Assembly (NCBI GenBank): GCA_934133165.1
Contig: CAKPAW010000001.1
Span: 98,756 to 162,755, forward strand
Reading direction: 5' to 3'
Length of the DNA stretch: 64,000 bases
DNA from: an uncultured Clostridia bacterium
GTDB lineage: Bacteria > Bacillota > Clostridia > TANB77 > CAG-508
Part shown: piece by piece, positions 20,769-30,378 of the stretch
Layout: every line of letters starts with the position of its first letter
Numbering within the stretch: the stretch's first letter is position 1
Position numbers and translations under genes: made by a program
The notes under the pieces: generated by a model
What the model was told of the DNA's origin: nothing
What the model saw: only the letters and a program-made list of their open reading frames with translations
Databases searched by the model: none

Positions 20769-20841
20769 TTTTACCTCTTATCATATATTTTTAGAAAAAA
20801 GGACGTCTCTTTTTTTAGACGCCTTTTCTCATATTTTTATT

Positions 20842-22653
20842 CTATCTTCTTGCTTCTCTTTCTCTTGTTTTTGTATCTAATGTTTTCTTTCTTAATCTGA
20901 TATTTTTTGGTGTTACTTCAACTAGTTCGTCTTCTGCTATAAATTCAATAGCTTTTTCTAGAGACATTTGTAATGGTGGAACTAAACGAAGTGCATCGTC
21001 TGAACCTGAAGCTCTTGTATTTGTTAAGTGTTTTTCTTTACATACATTTATTGCTATATCTTCATTTCTAGAGTTTATACCAACTATCATTCCTTCATAT
21101 ACATCTACACCAGGACCTATTAAAAGTTCTCCTCTTTCTTGTGCATTGTATAAACCATATGTTACAGATGTTCCTTGTTCAAATGCTACTAAAACACCTC
21201 TTGTTCTAGCTTGTATATCACCTTTAAATGGTTCATAGCAGTCAAATATAGAGTTCATTGTACCTGTTCCTTTTGTGTCTGTTAAAAATTCTGTTCTATA
21301 TCCTATTAATCCTCTTGCAGGTATTTTAAATTCTACTTTTGTATGACCTAATTCTGCTGGTTCCATATTAGTCATTTCTGCTTTTCTTCTTCCTAATTTT
21401 TCAATAACTGTTCCTATTGATTCATCTGGTACATTAACAACTAATTTTTCCATTGGTTCACATTTTACGCCATCTATTTCTTTAAAAATAACCTTTGGAC
21501 GAGAAACTAAAAGTTCAAATCCCTCTCTTCTCATTGTTTCAATTAATACTGATAAATGAAGTTCCCCACGTCCACATACTTCAAAACTATCTGCTGAGTC
21601 TGTTTCTTTTACTCTTAAAGATACGTTTCTTTCTAGCTCTTTGAATAATCTATCTCTAATATGTCTTGATGTAATAAATTGTCCTTCTTTTCCTGCAAAT
21701 GGTCCATTATTTACACTAAATGTCATAGATACTGTTGGTTCATCTATATCTACGAAATCTATTTTTTCTGGATGATTTAAATCACATATTGTTTCTCCAA
21801 TTCCAATATCTGCAATTCCTGAAAGTGATACGATATCTCCAGCTTGTGCTTCTTCTACTTCAGTTCTTTTTAAACCTTCGTATGTAAATAATTTTGCAAC
21901 TTTACCTTGTGTTATTTTATCATCTTGTTTGCAAATTGCTATTGGCATACCAGATTTAATAGTTCCTCTTTCTATTCTTCCTACTGCAATTCTTCCTAAA
22001 TAATCATCATAATCTATGTTAGATACTAGCATTTGAGCTGGTCCTTCGATTTCACATTTAGGTGGTTCAATATATTTTAATATTGTATCAAATATACAAT
22101 TTACATTATCAGATTCTTCATCTAAACTCATTTTTGCTATTCCATTTTTAGCAGATGCATATATTACTGGGAAATCTAATTGGTCGTCATTTGCATTAAG
22201 TTCAATAAATAATTCTAATACTTGATCTACTACTTTTGCTGGGTTTGAACCTGGTCTATCTATTTTGTTAATTACAACTATTGGTTTTAAATTAAGTGCT
22301 AATGATTTTTTTAGAACTTCTCTTGTTTGAGGCATTGGTCCTTCAAAAGCATCTACTAATAGTAAAACACCATCAACTGTTTTTAAAACACGTTCAACTT
22401 CTCCACCAAAGTCAGCATGGCCTGGTGTATCTACTATATTAATTTTTGTACCATTATACATAACTGATGTGTTTTTAGAAAGAATTGTAATTCCTCTTTC
22501 TTTTTCCAAATCATTTGAGTCCATTACTCTTTCTGCTACTTGTTCATTTTCTCTAAATACGTGACTTTGTTTTAATAAACAATCTACAAGTGTTGTTTTT
22601 CCGTGGTCAACGTGTGCAATTATTGCTATGTTTCTTATTTTTTCATTTATCAT
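20842..22653 (-). CDS. typA: Translational GTPase TypA/BipA
   Basis: [18 protein letters not shown]1 motif and full-length match to BipA. Confidence 0.95.
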   Translation of the reverse strand: MINEKIRNIAIIAHVDHGKTTLVDCLLKQSHVFRENEQVAERVMDSNDLEKERGITILSKNTSVMYNGTKINIVDTPGHADFGGEVERVLKTVDGVLLLVDAFEGPMPQTREVLKKSLALNLKPIVVINKIDRPGSNPAKVVDQVLELFIELNANDDQLDFPVIYASAKNGIAKMSLDEESDNVNCIFDTILKYIEPPKCEIEGPAQMLVSNIDYDDYLGRIAVGRIERGTIKSGMPIAICKQDDKITQGKVAKLFTYEGLKRTEVEEAQAGDIVSLSGIADIGIGETICDLNHPEKIDFVDIDEPTVSMTFSVNNGPFAGKEGQFITSRHIRDRLFKELERNVSLRVKETDSADSFEVCGRGELHLSVLIETMRREGFELLVSRPKVIFKEIDGVKCEPMEKLVVNVPDESIGTVIEKLGRRKAEMTNMEPAELGHTKVEFKIPARGLIGYRTEFLTDTKGTGTMNSIFDCYEPFKGDIQARTRGVLVAFEQGTSVTYGLYNAQERGELLIGPGVDVYEGMIVGINSRNEDIAINVCKEKHLTNTRASGSDDALRLVPPLQMSLEKAIEFIAEDELVEVTPKNIRLRKKTLDTKTREREARR

Positions 22654-22742
22654 TTTATTTACCCCTTCTTATATTGAATTTTATCCCATAAAACAAGCGA
22701 TGTCCTCATCGCTTATTTTAATATTTTTAGAAATTATACTAT

Positions 22743-23843
22743 TTAAATTTCTTCTTTATATTCATTAGAAGTTCCTTCTAATTCTTTAATTGATAATTCT
22801 ATTCTTTGTGTTTCTAAATCCATTTCTATTATTTTAGCATTAACATTTTGATTTAGTTTTAATTCTTCTTCTGGCTTTGATATTTTCTTTTCTGCTATTT
22901 GTGAAATATGTACTAATCCCTGAATTCCTGGTTCTAGTTCTACAAAAACACCAAATGGCATCATTTTTACGACTTTAACCTTCACAATGTCTTCTACATG
23001 ATATTTTTCTGGTACCTTGTTCCAAGGATTTGGTCCTTTATCTCCGTAGCTTAATTTTATACGTTTATTTTCTTTATCTAAGTCTATAATTGTTACTTCA
23101 ATTTCTTGTCCTTGCTTTAAAATTTCATCTACTTTTGCATTTCTATCCCAAGAAATTTCTGAAACATGTAATAACCCTTGTGTTACTCCTAAGTCTACGA
23201 AAGCTCCATAAGAACTTAAACTTGTAACTATTCCTTTATATTTTTTTCCAACTTCTACATCATTCCAAAACTCTTCTTGCTTTGCTTTTCTTTCTTCGTC
23301 TAATATAGAACGAATTGAACCTATTACTCTATTTGTTTTTTGGTCATACTCTGTAATTTTGAATTTAACATCTTTCCCTAAATAAGAATTTATATCTTCT
23401 CCTCTAGGTATTCCTGATAATGATAGTGGAATAAAAATTCTTGTATCATTTACATTTACGATTAAACCTTTTTCATTAACTTGTGAAACTTTAGCTTCAA
23501 TAGTTTCATTATTTTTAAATTTTTCTTCTATCTTAGTTTTGTTTTCACGATTTTTAACTCTTTTATATGATAAAAGTACATTACCTAATCCATCATTTAA
23601 TTTTAATACATCTGCTGTAATTGTATCTCCTACTTTAAATTCACTTTTAGGATCTGCATTTTCATCATTACTATATTCTTTCTTAGGAATAATTCCATCA
23701 GCTTTGTAGTTAATATCTACAAAAATTTCTCCGTTAGAAGTTATACTGATAATTTTTCCTGTTACTGTCTTTTCTAATTTTTTTTCTTTCAAAGATTCTT
23801 GTTTTAGTAGTTCTTCAAAAGATAATTCTTTTTCATTTTCCAT
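22743..23843 (-). CDS. Four-S1-domain RNA-binding protein (short ribosomal protein S1 homolog)
   Basis: Four S1 repeats. Conserved cmk-plsC-rpsA-like order. Confidence 0.8.
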   Translation of the reverse strand: MENEKELSFEELLKQESLKEKKLEKTVTGKIISITSNGEIFVDINYKADGIIPKKEYSNDENADPKSEFKVGDTITADVLKLNDGLGNVLLSYKRVKNRENKTKIEEKFKNNETIEAKVSQVNEKGLIVNVNDTRIFIPLSLSGIPRGEDINSYLGKDVKFKITEYDQKTNRVIGSIRSILDEERKAKQEEFWNDVEVGKKYKGIVTSLSSYGAFVDLGVTQGLLHVSEISWDRNAKVDEILKQGQEIEVTIIDLDKENKRIKLSYGDKGPNPWNKVPEKYHVEDIVKVKVVKMMPFGVFVELEPGIQGLVHISQIAEKKISKPEEELKLNQNVNAKIIEMDLETQRIELSIKELEGTSNEYKEEI

Positions 23844-23994
23844 ATTCTCACCTTATTTATTTTTTAACTATTTTATTATATAGCAATCTACTTTTGTTGT
23901 CAACATAATTTTTGCAAGTTTTTGGTAAAAAAATGTTCTGCATAAAAATTACCACAAAAGTGTTAAATGCTTTTGTGGTAATTCAGTAGTTTTA

Positions 23995-24588
23995 TTATTT
24001 TGTAAGTTCTAATATTTTTTCCATTAAATCTTCTGTTATCTTATCTAATGCTTCTTCATCATTTTTATCATAATTGCTATAATCTAATGGTTTTCCATAT
24101 CTAATTATTGCTTTTGAAAATGGACCTGTTTTTCCAGATATTCCAACTGGAACTATTTTAGCACCAGTTCTTAAAGCAAAAAATGCTGCACCATCTTTTA
24201 CTTTTTCTCCTTTTGCTAGTCCATTTCTTGTTCCTTCTGGGAAAAGTGCTATACATTCTCCATTTTTTAAATATCTTAAAGATTGCTTTATTGCATTAAT
24301 GTCTTTTGAATCTCTTAATACTGGTATAGTTTCAAATACCCATCCTAAAAAAGCCAAGAATTTGTTTTTATATAATGTTCCTTTTGCCAAAAAATGACAA
24401 TTTCTTTTTGCAGTTACTTTAATTAAAACAGGATCTAAAAAAGTTCTATGATTTCCACAAAATATAACTGGCTCATCCATAGGAATATTTTCTCTTCCCT
24501 CTATTTTCATTCTATGAAAAATTATGCAATATACATATAATATTTTTTCTATTACTATTCCTAAAACTCTTTTTAATTTTCTTTTCAT
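23995..24588 (-). CDS. plsC: 1-acyl-sn-glycerol-3-phosphate acyltransferase
   Basis: HRTFLDP (HX4D) and FPEGTR motifs. Confidence 0.85.
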   Translation of the reverse strand: MKRKLKRVLGIVIEKILYVYCIIFHRMKIEGRENIPMDEPVIFCGNHRTFLDPVLIKVTAKRNCHFLAKGTLYKNKFLAFLGWVFETIPVLRDSKDINAIKQSLRYLKNGECIALFPEGTRNGLAKGEKVKDGAAFFALRTGAKIVPVGISGKTGPFSKAIIRYGKPLDYSNYDKNDEEALDKITEDLMEKILELTK

Positions 24589-24627
24589 CTCTTCTACCTA
24601 ATAATGAATATCATTATCTTTCCTTTC

Positions 24628-25308
24628 TTAAAAATTTTTGTTTTTATATTTTTCCATTATTATTTCTTTAACTTTTTCTTTTACTTCTTCAATTGTTAAA
24701 TTTGTAGTATCTATATAAATTGCATCTTCTGCTATTTTTAAAGCTCCTATTTCTTTTTCTTTATCATTTTTATCACGAATTTGAATATTTTTTAGCACTT
24801 CCTCATATGTCATTTCTATACCTTTTTCTTGTATTTCTTTATATCTTCTCTTAGCTCTTTCTTCTTCATCAGCATCCAAATAAATTTTTACATCAGCATT
24901 TGGAAATACATATGTTGTAATATCTCTTCCTTCCATTATAACATCTTTTCCTTTTGCCAAGTTTCTTTGAACTTCTACCATTGCAAGTCTAACTTCTACT
25001 ATTGAAGATACCTGTGATACTATTTTTGTAACTTCTTTACTTCTTATCTCACTTGTTACGTCTTCATTATTTAAATATACTTTTTGAACACCTTGTTCAT
25101 TTTTCATATCTATATGAATATTAGGTAATGATTCTATTATTTTTTCTTTTTCTTCTAATTTTATATTGTTTTTAATTGCATATAAAGCTACACATCTATA
25201 TGTTGCTCCTGTATCTATATTAACTAATCCCATTTCTTTTGAAATTAAACTTGTTATTGTTCCTTTTCCTGTACCTGCAGGTCCATCCATTGCTACTATA
25301 AATGACAT
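24628..25308 (-). CDS. cmk: Cytidylate kinase
   Basis: IVAMDGPAGTGKGT P-loop, 226 aa. Confidence 0.9.
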   Translation of the reverse strand: MSFIVAMDGPAGTGKGTITSLISKEMGLVNIDTGATYRCVALYAIKNNIKLEEKEKIIESLPNIHIDMKNEQGVQKVYLNNEDVTSEIRSKEVTKIVSQVSSIVEVRLAMVEVQRNLAKGKDVIMEGRDITTYVFPNADVKIYLDADEEERAKRRYKEIQEKGIEMTYEEVLKNIQIRDKNDKEKEIGALKIAEDAIYIDTTNLTIEEVKEKVKEIIMEKYKNKNF

Positions 25309-25379
25309 ATTTTTTTCCTCTTTTCTTAATTTTAGTTATCTATTAAATTTGATTATCTACAACAATTAATTTAATCTTC

Positions 25380-26216
25380 TTAATCTTTTTTCTGTGGCAT
25401 TTCTATTGATTTAGCTATTACTGTTATTTTTTGTACATTCATGGTTGTTGATTTTTCAATTTCTTTCACGCATTTTTCTTTAAATTCTTTTAATTCTTTT
25501 ATAACACTATGACCATATATTACTGCTACTTCCATATAAATAGATGGCCCTTCTCCGTAATTTTCCACTCTGGTTCTCATTACTCTTGATATTCCTTCCG
25601 CCTTTTTAGCTAAATATTCTACTATTTGACGAAATACTGTGTCTGAAATTGTGAAATTACCTAAATAACTAAATGTAGGTCTTATTATTGATTTTTCTGA
25701 TATATATGGTTTGTTTCCGCTTCCCTTTGACTTAAATATTTGTAGTGGATCTAATATATAACCTGAAAAATCTTTTTTTATCTCAAATGTAGGAACAGGT
25801 ATTACATGTTTTCCTTGTGTTACCCTTATATTTCTAGCTGTTTTCATTTCTGTTTCTGTTGCTACATCTTGAATATAAATTGTTTTTTGTATTTTAGGTA
25901 GGCCTAAGTTTTCTGCAATTTTTTCTACCATTCCATCTGATGTTCCTAAAATTAAAATTGATTCTGGTTTTAATCTTTTTATAGCTTTTTGCATTTCTTT
26001 TCTTTCTTTTTCATCTATAAAAATAGCATGTTTTACAGTTTCAATTTTTGTTGGTGCTTTTTTGGCAGACTCTCCTGCTACTACCTCATTTTCATTTACT
26101 AAAAGTCCATCATCTATAATATAAGAAATATTATTTTCTCCTGCTACCATTTGTGCCCTGTAACTTTTTCCTGTTCCAGAAGGTCCAACAAATGCATATA
26201 CTCTTATATCTTTCAT
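25380..26216 (-). CDS. Uncharacterized P-loop NTPase (HprK-C-like GPSGTGKS...IIDDG) fused to an Asp23/Gls24-like C-terminal domain
   Basis: N-terminal VYAFVGPSGTGKSYRAQ...YIIDDGLLV. C-terminal ISDTVFRQIVEYLAKKAEGISRV...IYMEVAVIYGHSV resembles the Asp23 family. AAGGAG RBS. Confidence 0.5.
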   Translation of the reverse strand: MKDIRVYAFVGPSGTGKSYRAQMVAGENNISYIIDDGLLVNENEVVAGESAKKAPTKIETVKHAIFIDEKERKEMQKAIKRLKPESILILGTSDGMVEKIAENLGLPKIQKTIYIQDVATETEMKTARNIRVTQGKHVIPVPTFEIKKDFSGYILDPLQIFKSKGSGNKPYISEKSIIRPTFSYLGNFTISDTVFRQIVEYLAKKAEGISRVMRTRVENYGEGPSIYMEVAVIYGHSVIKELKEFKEKCVKEIEKSTTMNVQKITVIAKSIEMPQKKD

Positions 26217-26228
26217 ACATTTTCTCCT

Positions 26229-27743
26229 TTAATCCTTTTCTACTAGTGTAATTGTATAATGTAAATTATGGTATTTTACATTATATGATTTTGTTTCTAC
26301 TATTTGTACATTTTCTAGCTCTTGTTTTATTTCTTCTGTAAAATCTTCACTAGAATCTATTAGCCAAATTCTTCCTTTATAATCTTTAAGTTCATCTATA
26401 TTTTCATATGTTTTAAAATTATATCCAAAGGCTTTATATGCTTGTTCTACATTCCAATTATCTTTATTCCAAAAATATACTTTATTGTCTAAGAAATTGA
26501 CATCTAAAACAAAACTATCTACATTATTTTTGTGTAATATTATATCGTCTTTTTGTATATTTTCCTTTATGTATTCTATATGTTTATTATTACTTTCATC
26601 ATAATTTGTTTGTATTAATTTTACTTGTACAAATATAGATATTATTAATGATATTATACAAATAGCTATAGTTATATATTTATTTCCTTTTTCAGCCATT
26701 GTATAACTTAAGAAAAATATAAACAATCCTGTTACACATAACATATATCTTGCATATATTATTGGTCTCCATATTATTAATGAAACTAAGCATATAGCAA
26801 GTACAAGTATTCCCCATATTAATATTGCAAGTTTTTCTGGTTTTTCTTCTTTACTTTTATTTTTTATATTAGCATATACCATATATGCACATATTAATAT
26901 TCCAAATATTCCTGCAATTACAGGATTTACATATGCATCTCCACCTAAATTCCCTGTAAATTGAAAATTAAAAAATTCTATTAATGAATCTGGAAATTTA
27001 ATTGATATCCAAAAGCCTGATGATACTTGTTTTACTTGTAATAGTAAAGAAACTATCCAAGGTATATATAATATAATTTGTGGTATTGCAATTGCAAAAA
27101 ACATTTTTAAATTGTCTGTAAATTTTTTCTCTTTAATTGCTTCTTTTGTAAAAAATACAAATAACATTAAATTAACAATTCCTGCCGTTGCCAAAGCATA
27201 ATAATGTGTATATGCTGATGCCAAGCTAAATATTGCAAATAAAATCCAATTTTTAATTTGTTTTTTATCTCTATTTTTATAAGTTCTATATGCATATATA
27301 CACATTAGCGTAACTAACAACATAGCTAATGTATACATTCTAATTTCGCCTGTATACACCATATTTACAGGTAAGAAATATATTAAAAATGAAAAAATTA
27401 ATCCTACATTTTTTCCAAAATCTTTTCTAATATGTGTAAATCCAAGTATTCCTAAAATTGATATGCAAACTAATGAAAATAGCCTGTAGCAAATTATTTT
27501 ATTTCCAAATATTAAATTAATAATATGTAATATCCAATAATATAAAATAGGATGTACATCATTTCCACCAATTGTCCAAATTTCTGTAAAAGTATGATTT
27601 GCTAAACCTACAGAATAGCTTTCGTCAAACCATAAATTTTCATGAAATATTGGTACTGCTACAAATATAATTCCTAATATTATAACTATTATATGTAATA
27701 TATCTTTCTTATCTAATTTCATATTATTTTTTATTCCTTTCAT
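26229..27743 (-). CDS. GT-C fold membrane glycosyltransferase (GT39/PMT-ArnT-like)
   Basis: Eleven or more TM helices and an N-terminal DE-containing loop (LWFDESYS) typical of PMT/ArnT-type lipid-linked sugar transferases. The start is ambiguous between 27743 and the ATG at 27722. Confidence 0.55.
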   Translation of the reverse strand: MKGIKNNMKLDKKDILHIIVIILGIIFVAVPIFHENLWFDESYSVGLANHTFTEIWTIGGNDVHPILYYWILHIINLIFGNKIICYRLFSLVCISILGILGFTHIRKDFGKNVGLIFSFLIYFLPVNMVYTGEIRMYTLAMLLVTLMCIYAYRTYKNRDKKQIKNWILFAIFSLASAYTHYYALATAGIVNLMLFVFFTKEAIKEKKFTDNLKMFFAIAIPQIILYIPWIVSLLLQVKQVSSGFWISIKFPDSLIEFFNFQFTGNLGGDAYVNPVIAGIFGILICAYMVYANIKNKSKEEKPEKLAILIWGILVLAICLVSLIIWRPIIYARYMLCVTGLFIFFLSYTMAEKGNKYITIAICIISLIISIFVQVKLIQTNYDESNNKHIEYIKENIQKDDIILHKNNVDSFVLDVNFLDNKVYFWNKDNWNVEQAYKAFGYNFKTYENIDELKDYKGRIWLIDSSEDFTEEIKQELENVQIVETKSYNVKYHNLHYTITLVEKD

Positions 27744-27901
27744 TGCTATCTAAAGCTTTTTTAGAAAATTTATAAACTTATTTTTTCGAATTTTATTTTC
27801 GTTAGTTATTATATCATTATGATAAAAAAAAGTCTATAAGTTTTATCTATACACTCTAGTAATTTCTCTAAAATTTTATATTGATTAGATAATTTAAATA
27901 T

Positions 27902-27930
27902 TTGTTTTATTTTTATATTAATGTTATAAT
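27902..27930 (+). promoter_or_regulatory. Candidate sigma-A promoter for the vbhA-like/fic pair
   Basis: TTGTTT, 17 nt, TGtTATAAT (extended -10), about 30 nt upstream of the ATG at 27964. Confidence 0.45.
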
Positions 27931-27963
27931 ATATTTATAGATTTAAAAGAAAGAGGAAATTTT

Positions 27964-28170
27964 ATGGATTTATCAATAAAAAATACAACTAGAGAACAAA
28001 GAAAAGAAATTGTAAAAACAGCTCTTGCAATTTCTATTACAGGAACTGATTTTCCAAGTGATGAAGCTTTAAAAATAGTGAAAGAATACGTTGATGGTAA
28101 AACTGAAATTGAAGAAGTTCAAAGAAAAATTATTGAATTGTATAAAAAGGATGGTGAAAATAATGATTAA
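27964..28170 (+). CDS. VbhA/YhfG-family small antitoxin-like protein (Fic partner)
   Basis: 68 aa, helical. ALAISITGTDFPSDEALK aligns to the VbhA ALASQRLEGLEP region. Its stop overlaps the fic start, and it has an AAGAGG RBS. Confidence 0.55.
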   Translation: MDLSIKNTTREQRKEIVKTALAISITGTDFPSDEALKIVKEYVDGKTEIEEVQRKIIELYKKDGENND

Positions 28171-28852
28171 AGACCCTTATGTTCAAGAAAACGGAACTTT
28201 AAAAAATAGACTTGGTATTACTGACTATAATACTTTAAATTCAGCTGAAAAAGATATTACTTTTTCAAAATTTCTTAATATAAAAGAAACTTTCCGTACC
28301 AAGTTTGATATTTCTTACATTAAAGCTATTCATAAACATATTTTTGAAGATATTTTTGATTGGGCTGGTGAGTTTAGAGAAGTTCCTGTTTATAAACAAG
28401 AATTAGTAATTCCTGGTATTAGTCTTAATTATACAGATCCTAAAAATATTGAAAAAGAATTATCTGATTGCTTAGAAAAAATTAATAATACTAATTGGAC
28501 TGCACTTACTTTAGATCAAAAAAGTGCTACTTTTACTAAATATCTTACTGAATTTTGGGCAATTCATCCTTTTAGAGATGGTAATACTAGGACTACATTA
28601 ACATTTGCTACTCAATTTTCAAGAGAGCATGATTTTCCTTTAGATTTAGGTGTTTTGCTTGATAATTTAACAAGAAAATTTGATAGTAATGGTAAAATTA
28701 CACAATTTAGTATTAGAGATAAATTTGTATTATCAGCTATTCCTGAAGAATATTGTCCTGAACCTGAACATTTAAATTCTTTAATTCATACTGCAATGGT
28801 TTCTGGAATATCTAAAAATATAGAAAAATTACAAAATAATTTAGAAAGATAA
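28163..28852 (+). CDS. Fic/Doc-family protein (E. coli Fic-like class I AMPylase fold)
   Basis: Fic core motif HPFRDGNTRTT at the expected position and an N-terminal KDPYV segment like E. coli Fic. The ATG at 28163 overlaps the upstream stop by 8 nt. Confidence 0.8.
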   Translation: MIKDPYVQENGTLKNRLGITDYNTLNSAEKDITFSKFLNIKETFRTKFDISYIKAIHKHIFEDIFDWAGEFREVPVYKQELVIPGISLNYTDPKNIEKELSDCLEKINNTNWTALTLDQKSATFTKYLTEFWAIHPFRDGNTRTTLTFATQFSREHDFPLDLGVLLDNLTRKFDSNGKITQFSIRDKFVLSAIPEEYCPEPEHLNSLIHTAMVSGISKNIEKLQNNLER

Positions 28853-28904
28853 TTTTATTTATTGTAGGAATTTCACCTATAATTAGACTTATTAAATTAC
28901 AAAA

Positions 28905-28956
28905 ATATGGTTAGTAATTATCTAAAATATTGATAACTACTAACCATATTTATTTT
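28905..28956. terminator. Bidirectional terminator between fic and the GT2 gene
   Basis: 12-bp stem ATATGGTTAGTA/TACTAACCATAT followed by a T-run. Confidence 0.6.
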
Positions 28957-30186
28957 TTAATTTACTTCATTTATTTTTATATCTCTTACATGTTCTATTT
29001 TTTCCCATTTTGTGTTTCTTACAAATAAACATTTAAAGTTAATTAATAGCCATGAACCTAGGAATAATGGGTAAAAAATTAATCCTTTTAACATTGGTTT
29101 AATTGGCTTTTTATCTAATACCATAATTAATAATGCTGTTAGTATTGGTAATAAAAATGTTGGTATTAAATAGCGCAAACAATTTATTAATAGTTCTTGA
29201 GCTGTCATTCCATTTGCAAAATACATCACAAAGTTTAATAATAATAAAATAATTGTTACTACAAACATTGGTATACTACCTAGTATATATAAAAGTCCAT
29301 CAAAGTTCATTAATGTTTTCTTTTCTTTTACAGCTGCCGCTAATAGTCCAGTATATTCTTTCATACATTGAATATGTCCAACTGTCCATCTTGATCTTTG
29401 AGACCATGATTGTTTAAATCCTGTTGGTTGCTCATCATACACTATTGCATCTGTTGCCCAACCTAATTTTCTTCCTTCTATAATATTTTTTAAAGAAAAT
29501 TCTATATCTTCTGTTAATGTGTTTGTATCCCAACCTGTTGGTTTTATTATATCAAATCTAACCATAAAACCTGTACCATTTAAAAGTGGAGATAAACCTA
29601 AATTATATCTTGCTAAATGATAAAAACGATTCATTGTCCAATAGAAAATTGCATAACCTGCTGTTATCCAGTTATCTGTAGGGTTTTTAATATCACGATA
29701 ACCTTGTACTACATTCTCTCCTTGGCATAGTTTTTTATTCATTGCTTTTAAAAAGTTTTCATCTGCTATGTTATCTGCATCAAATATACAAAATGCATCA
29801 TATGGTGCATCTTCTTCTATCTTTTGAGCTAAAAACCATTGAAGTGCAAAACCTTTTGTTTTTTTCTTTTCATCAAATCTTTCATAGACAATTGCTCCTG
29901 CATTTCTTGCTACTTCTGCTGTATTATCTGTGCAGTTATCTGCTATTACATATATATCATATAAGTTTTTAGGATATTTTTGATTTTTTAAACTTTCTAT
30001 TAAGTTTGCAACCACTGCCGCTTCGTTATGTGCAGGAATGATTGCCATAAATCTATTTTCTTTATCCTCTAATATTGGTTTTTCTTTTAATTTTACTAAT
30101 GAACATATACTAACTATTAATTGATATAACCAAAATATTGTTACCAACCAAGCTAATGCTTGTTGTAATATATATAAATATTCCAT
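28957..30186 (-). CDS. Processive family-2 glycosyltransferase with C-terminal membrane domain (PgaC/IcaA/cellulose-synthase-like)
   Basis: D, DxD and QRSRW (Q-x-x-R-W) motifs plus four or more C-terminal TM helices. Confidence 0.8.
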   Translation of the reverse strand: MEYLYILQQALAWLVTIFWLYQLIVSICSLVKLKEKPILEDKENRFMAIIPAHNEAAVVANLIESLKNQKYPKNLYDIYVIADNCTDNTAEVARNAGAIVYERFDEKKKTKGFALQWFLAQKIEEDAPYDAFCIFDADNIADENFLKAMNKKLCQGENVVQGYRDIKNPTDNWITAGYAIFYWTMNRFYHLARYNLGLSPLLNGTGFMVRFDIIKPTGWDTNTLTEDIEFSLKNIIEGRKLGWATDAIVYDEQPTGFKQSWSQRSRWTVGHIQCMKEYTGLLAAAVKEKKTLMNFDGLLYILGSIPMFVVTIILLLLNFVMYFANGMTAQELLINCLRYLIPTFLLPILTALLIMVLDKKPIKPMLKGLIFYPLFLGSWLLINFKCLFVRNTKWEKIEHVRDIKINEVN

Positions 30187-30315
30187 TTTTTGCTCCTTGT
30201 CCTTTTTTATATTTTATTAGTTAATCATTAATATTATACTATTTTCTTTTTTATTTTGCAATGATTTGTAATATTTTTATTTAATTTTCAAATAAATTTC
30301 ACATATAAAGAAAAA

Positions 30316-30364
30316 GAACCTAAGATTTTCTATCAAATACAAACTTTAAGAAAATCTTAGGCTC
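30316..30364. repeat. Palindromic terminator repeat family, copy 3 (pnp terminator)
   Basis: GAACCTAAGATTTTCT ... AGAAAATCTTAGGCTC immediately downstream of pnp. Confidence 0.7.
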
Positions 30365-30378
30365 ATCATATTTATTTT

